From positions 1 to 19,013 of the forward strand of contig JAMOPY010000008.1 in assembly GCA_027064305.1 (NCBI GenBank): a stretch of 19,013 nucleotides of DNA, in the 5' to 3' direction. The notes beneath the pieces are model-generated. The model worked only from the letters and a program-made list of their open reading frames with translations, ran no database searches and was not told the origin of the DNA. Below, piece after piece: positions 15,805 to 19,013 of the stretch. Source of the DNA: Methanobacteriota archaeon (lineage in GTDB: Archaea > JAADCQ01 > Methanopyri > Methanopyrales > Methanopyraceae). How positions within the stretch are numbered: position 1 is the first letter of the stretch; every line of letters begins with the position of its first letter. Both the position numbers and the translations under genes were made by a program.

Positions 15805-17085
15805 TTGGACGAGGTTCGGGAGATCGTGAGGGCGGTGGAGCGACACCACCGGTGGCTCCGCGAGTGCCTGCCCATGATCGCGAGTGAGAACGTCACCAGT
15901 CCCGCGGTCCGGGAGATGCTCGTCACGGACTTCGGCCACCGGTACGCGGAGGGGCAGCCCGGGGAGCGACTGTACGAGGGGTGCCGGTACATCGATGAGG
16001 TCGAGCTGAGGTGCGTGGAGCTGGCCAAAGACCTCTTCGGGGCGGAGCACGCGAACGTGCAGCCCGTGTCCGGGGTGGTCGCGAACCTGGCCGCGCTGAC
16101 GGCCCTGACCGAGCCGGGCGACGTGGTGATGGGACTGCGGATCTCGCACGGGGGGCACATCAGTCACCACGAGATCAGCGCGCCGGGCGTGCGCGGGCTC
16201 CGGGTCGAGTTCCTGCCCTTCGACGAGGAGGACATGAACGTGGACGTGGACGCGGCGGTCCGTCGGATCGAGGAGGTGGAGCCCCGGGTGGTCATCCTGG
16301 GGGCGAGCCTGTTCCTCTTCCCGCACCCGGTGGAGGAGATCGCCGAGGCGGTGGAGGCGGTCGGGGGGTGCGTGCTGTACGACGGTGCCCACGTGCTGGG
16401 GCTCATCGCGGGGGGCGAGTTCCAGGATCCGCTAAGGGAGGGCGCGCACGTGGTGACGGGGAGCACGCACAAGACCCTGCCGGGGCCTCAGGGTGGGATC
16501 ATCCTCTGCGGGCGCGAGCTGGGGGATGCGATCGACGAGGCCGTGTTCCCGGGTCTGGTCAGCAACCATCACCTGCACCACGTGGCCGCGCTCGCGGTCG
16601 CGCTGGCCGAGTTCAAGCGGTACGGGAGGAGGTACGCCCGGGCCACGGTACGGAACGCCCGGGCGCTGGCCGAGTCCCTGCACGCCGAGGGGCTGAACGT
16701 GCTCTGCGAGCACCTGGGGTTCACGCGCTCGCACCAGGTGGCGGTGGACGTGAGCGAGCACGGGGGCGGGGCCGAGGTGGCGCGCCGGTTGGAGCGGGCG
16801 AACATCCTGTGCAACAAGAATCTGCTGCCGGGGGACGACGAGTCCGAGGCGGAGGATCCCAGCGGGATCCGGCTCGGGGTGCAGGAGCTGACGCGGCTGG
16901 GGATGGGTCCCTCGGAGATGGAATACGTGGCGGAGCTGATCGCGGACGTGGTGCTGGACCGGCGGGGTGTGGACGAGGTCCGGGAGGACGTGGCCGAGCT
17001 CCGTAGGGAGTTCCAGGAGGTGGAGTACGGGCTCGGGGACGGCGTGGGTGCGCACGAATGGCCCCGGTTCGCGGACTGGTCGTGA
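15805..17085 (+). CDS. glyA: Serine hydroxymethyltransferase (archaeal type)
   Basis: MIASEN, RYAEG..Y-x-GC, NVQPVSG, GGHISH, YDGAHVLGL, PLP lysine STHKTLPGPQGG and SGIRLG. Start is probably TTG 15805 (or 15790). Confidence 0.96.
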   Translation: MDEVREIVRAVERHHRWLRECLPMIASENVTSPAVREMLVTDFGHRYAEGQPGERLYEGCRYIDEVELRCVELAKDLFGAEHANVQPVSGVVANLAALTALTEPGDVVMGLRISHGGHISHHEISAPGVRGLRVEFLPFDEEDMNVDVDAAVRRIEEVEPRVVILGASLFLFPHPVEEIAEAVEAVGGCVLYDGAHVLGLIAGGEFQDPLREGAHVVTGSTHKTLPGPQGGIILCGRELGDAIDEAVFPGLVSNHHLHHVAALAVALAEFKRYGRRYARATVRNARALAESLHAEGLNVLCEHLGFTRSHQVAVDVSEHGGGAEVARRLERANILCNKNLLPGDDESEAEDPSGIRLGVQELTRLGMGPSEMEYVAELIADVVLDRRGVDEVREDVAELRREFQEVEYGLGDGVGAHEWPRFADWS

Positions 17086-17708
17086 TGGACTTCGACGGGA
17101 CGCTGGTGGACGGTGAGACGATCGACGTGATGGCGGAGCTGGCGGGCGTGGGCCGGGAGGTGGAGGAGATCACGCGCCGCGCCATGGAGGGGGAGCTCGA
17201 GTTCGGGGAGGCGCTGAGGGAGCGGGTGCGGCTGCTCGCCGGCGCCCCCGCCTCGATCCTGGACGCGGCGACCGCGCGCCTGCGGCTGAACCCCGGGGTC
17301 CGAGAGTTCGTGGCCGCGGTCCGACGCGCGGGGGCGGCGGTCGCGGTCGTGAGCGGCGGGTTCACGGAGGTGGTGCGCCGGTTCGCCCGGGAGCTGGGGC
17401 TGGACGCGGTCGTTGCCAACGAGCTGGAGGTGAGGGACGGGGTCCTCACGGGCCGGGTGTACGGTCCGGTGATGAGCGGGGAGGCGAAGGGCCGGGTGCT
17501 GCTTCAGCTGTGCCGGAGGTTCGGCGTGCGCCCGGAGGACACGGTGGCGGTGGGCGACGGTGCCAACGACGCATCAATGTTAAATCGCGTCGGTCTCCCG
17601 CTGGGGTTCCGGCCGAAGGGAGCCATCCGGGACCTCGTTCGAGGGTCCCTGTCCGACTTCCGGGAGGCCATCCCGCTGGTACTGCGGTTTTGGGGCGTCC
17701 GCGGCTGA
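17058..17708 (+). CDS. serB: Phosphoserine phosphatase (HAD family)
   Basis: DFDGTLVDGETID, ITRRAMEGEL-x-F-x-x-AL-x-ERV-x-LL, VSGGF, ANEL, K and VGDGAND. Confidence 0.93.
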   Translation: MAPVRGLVVMDFDGTLVDGETIDVMAELAGVGREVEEITRRAMEGELEFGEALRERVRLLAGAPASILDAATARLRLNPGVREFVAAVRRAGAAVAVVSGGFTEVVRRFARELGLDAVVANELEVRDGVLTGRVYGPVMSGEAKGRVLLQLCRRFGVRPEDTVAVGDGANDASMLNRVGLPLGFRPKGAIRDLVRGSLSDFREAIPLVLRFWGVRG

Positions 17709-18658
17709 TGGTCTTCTCGGAGGAGAAGCTTCAGGAGATCAAGCGGCTGGAAAAGCAGCTGGCGGACGTGCGGAAGGAGATCGACGATCTGGAGGAGGAG
17801 CGGGGGAGGCTGGAGCGGAAGGTTCGGAAGCTGGAGCGCGAGATCGAGCGGCTGGAGCGGGAGGCCGAGCGTTACCGGAGGAAGCGGGACGAGCTGAACG
17901 AGCGGGTGCGCGAGCTGCGGGAGCGGGCGGAGGAGCACCGTGAGCGGCGGGATGAGCTGAACGAGGAGGTGCAGGCGTACAAGAAGAAGCGGGACGAGCT
18001 GAACGAGCAGGCCAATCGGATCGCCCGGAAGGCCAAGGAGCACGTGGAGCGGGCGAAGGTCCTCCGGGCCAAGGTTAAGCGCCCCATCGGGGAGATCCGC
18101 CGCGAGATCGAGCGGCTGGAGCGGGAGATCGAGACGAAGCCCATCTCGCCGCGCCGGGAGGAGCGGATCGCGGAGCGGCTCGAGCGGCTCCGTGAGCAGC
18201 TGGAGTACTGGAAGCGGGCGGAGAAGCACTCCCGGGAGGCGGATCGGCTCTTCTCCCGGGCGGACGAGCTGCGGGAGCGGGCGAACAAGTACCATCAGCT
18301 GGTGGTTAAAACCGCGGAGAAGGCGAACAAGCACCACGACAAGATGCTGGAGTACTACGAGCGGGCGGACCGGATCCGGGAGAAGGCGGACGGGTACCAC
18401 CGGAAGTACGAGGAGCTCCGGTTCAAGGTGAGGAGGCTTCGGGACGAGGTTCGGGAGCTGCGGGCCCGGATGGAGGAGCTCGAGCAGAAGATCATGGAGA
18501 AGCGCGCGGAGGAGAAGGCGCTGGAGGTCCGGATCAAGGACCTGGAGAAGGCGGCCGTCGACCGGGAGAAGATCGAGAAGATCAAGGAGAAGCTGGAGCG
18601 TGGGGAGAAGGTCAGCTGGGAGGAGCTGCAGCTGCTGCAGCAGTACGGTGAGATGTAG
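17708..18658 (+). CDS. Archaeal long coiled-coil protein (COG1340-like)
   Basis: ATG in a TGATG overlap with serB. E/R/K-rich heptads, repeated RDELN, IERLE-x-x-x-ET, and C-terminal KLERGEKVSWEEL. Confidence 0.82.
   Translation: MVFSEEKLQEIKRLEKQLADVRKEIDDLEEERGRLERKVRKLEREIERLEREAERYRRKRDELNERVRELRERAEEHRERRDELNEEVQAYKKKRDELNEQANRIARKAKEHVERAKVLRAKVKRPIGEIRREIERLEREIETKPISPRREERIAERLERLREQLEYWKRAEKHSREADRLFSRADELRERANKYHQLVVKTAEKANKHHDKMLEYYERADRIREKADGYHRKYEELRFKVRRLRDEVRELRARMEELEQKIMEKRAEEKALEVRIKDLEKAAVDREKIEKIKEKLERGEKVSWEELQLLQQYGEM
17837..18127 (+). repeat. Intragenic exact direct repeats in the coiled-coil gene
   Basis: 27-nt CGCGAGATCGAGCGGCTGGAGCGGGAG at 17837 and 18101; 23-nt GAAGCGGGACGAGCTGAACGAGC at 17881 and 17986. 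Confidence 0.8.
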
Positions 18659-18675
18659 CCCCCGAGGTGGGGTTC

Positions 18676-19013
18676 ATGCGGGTCCCGCTCCTCGAGGTCA
18701 TCCTGCACACGGACGGCTCCGTGACCCGCATCCTGCGCCGCTTCTTCGATCGAGTGGAGGTGCGGCCGCTCCGGACCAAGCGGGTGCACGTGCGCGGTCG
18801 GGAGGCCAGGCTGCTCGGCCTGCCGGACGGGGACGTGGCCTACCTGCGGCGCGTCCTGATCGAGCTCGACGGCCGCCCGGGGATCCTGGCCACCTCCTAC
18901 GCCCGCCCCGACAACCTACCCGGTAACATGCGGAGGCTGGTTCTGCAGTCCCGGAAGCCCCTGGGTGAGATGATCGAGGAGATGAGGTTGGAGACGCGGA
19001 GGGAGATCGTGCG
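18676..19013 (+). CDS. Chorismate pyruvate-lyase family protein (DUF98/UbiC-like), 3'-truncated by the window
   Basis: Not in the ORF track. Own translation: MRVPLLEVILHTDGSVTRILRRFF...YLRRVLI...ATSY...PLGEMIEEMRLETRREIV. TDGSVT and P-x-G..LETRREI match DUF98. SD GAGGTG upstream. Confidence 0.85.
   Translation, partial: MRVPLLEVILHTDGSVTRILRRFFDRVEVRPLRTKRVHVRGREARLLGLPDGDVAYLRRVLIELDGRPGILATSYARPDNLPGNMRRLVLQSRKPLGEMIEEMRLETRREIV

Noticed and set aside
1-19013. CRISPR array, tRNA/rRNA, IS elements, inteins, selenocysteine read-through
   Set aside because: No spaced repeats, cloverleafs, transposase motifs, intein-sized insertions or in-frame TGA within conserved domains were seen.

Overview
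GC-rich (about 68-70% by eye), densely packed archaeal housekeeping region. Gene content (comB, tfrB, gatE, cbf5, archaeal glyA/serB) and the Glu/Arg/Val-rich, hyperthermophile-type proteins point to a methanogen of the Methanopyrus lineage (inference). Gene order: partial TauE-like paralogue and TauE/SafE permease (+); comB-TraB-DUF166 (-); SPOUT methyltransferase, PaaX-like wHTH and cbf5 (+); ogt-DUF366-tfrB (-); gatE-M20 hydrolase-glmS (+); hypothetical-DUF2148-eS26 and RCK_N-DHH (-); glyA-serB-coiled-coil protein-partial DUF98 chorismate lyase (+). No mobile element, CRISPR array, tRNA or rRNA was seen. The most notable signals are: an eS26-family ribosomal protein gene in an apparent euryarchaeote; two box C/D sRNA candidates, one inside the TraB 3' end and one with a possible three-guide layout; a hairpin covering the cbf5 SD and start codon; and divergent gene pairs with no room for intergenic promoters.
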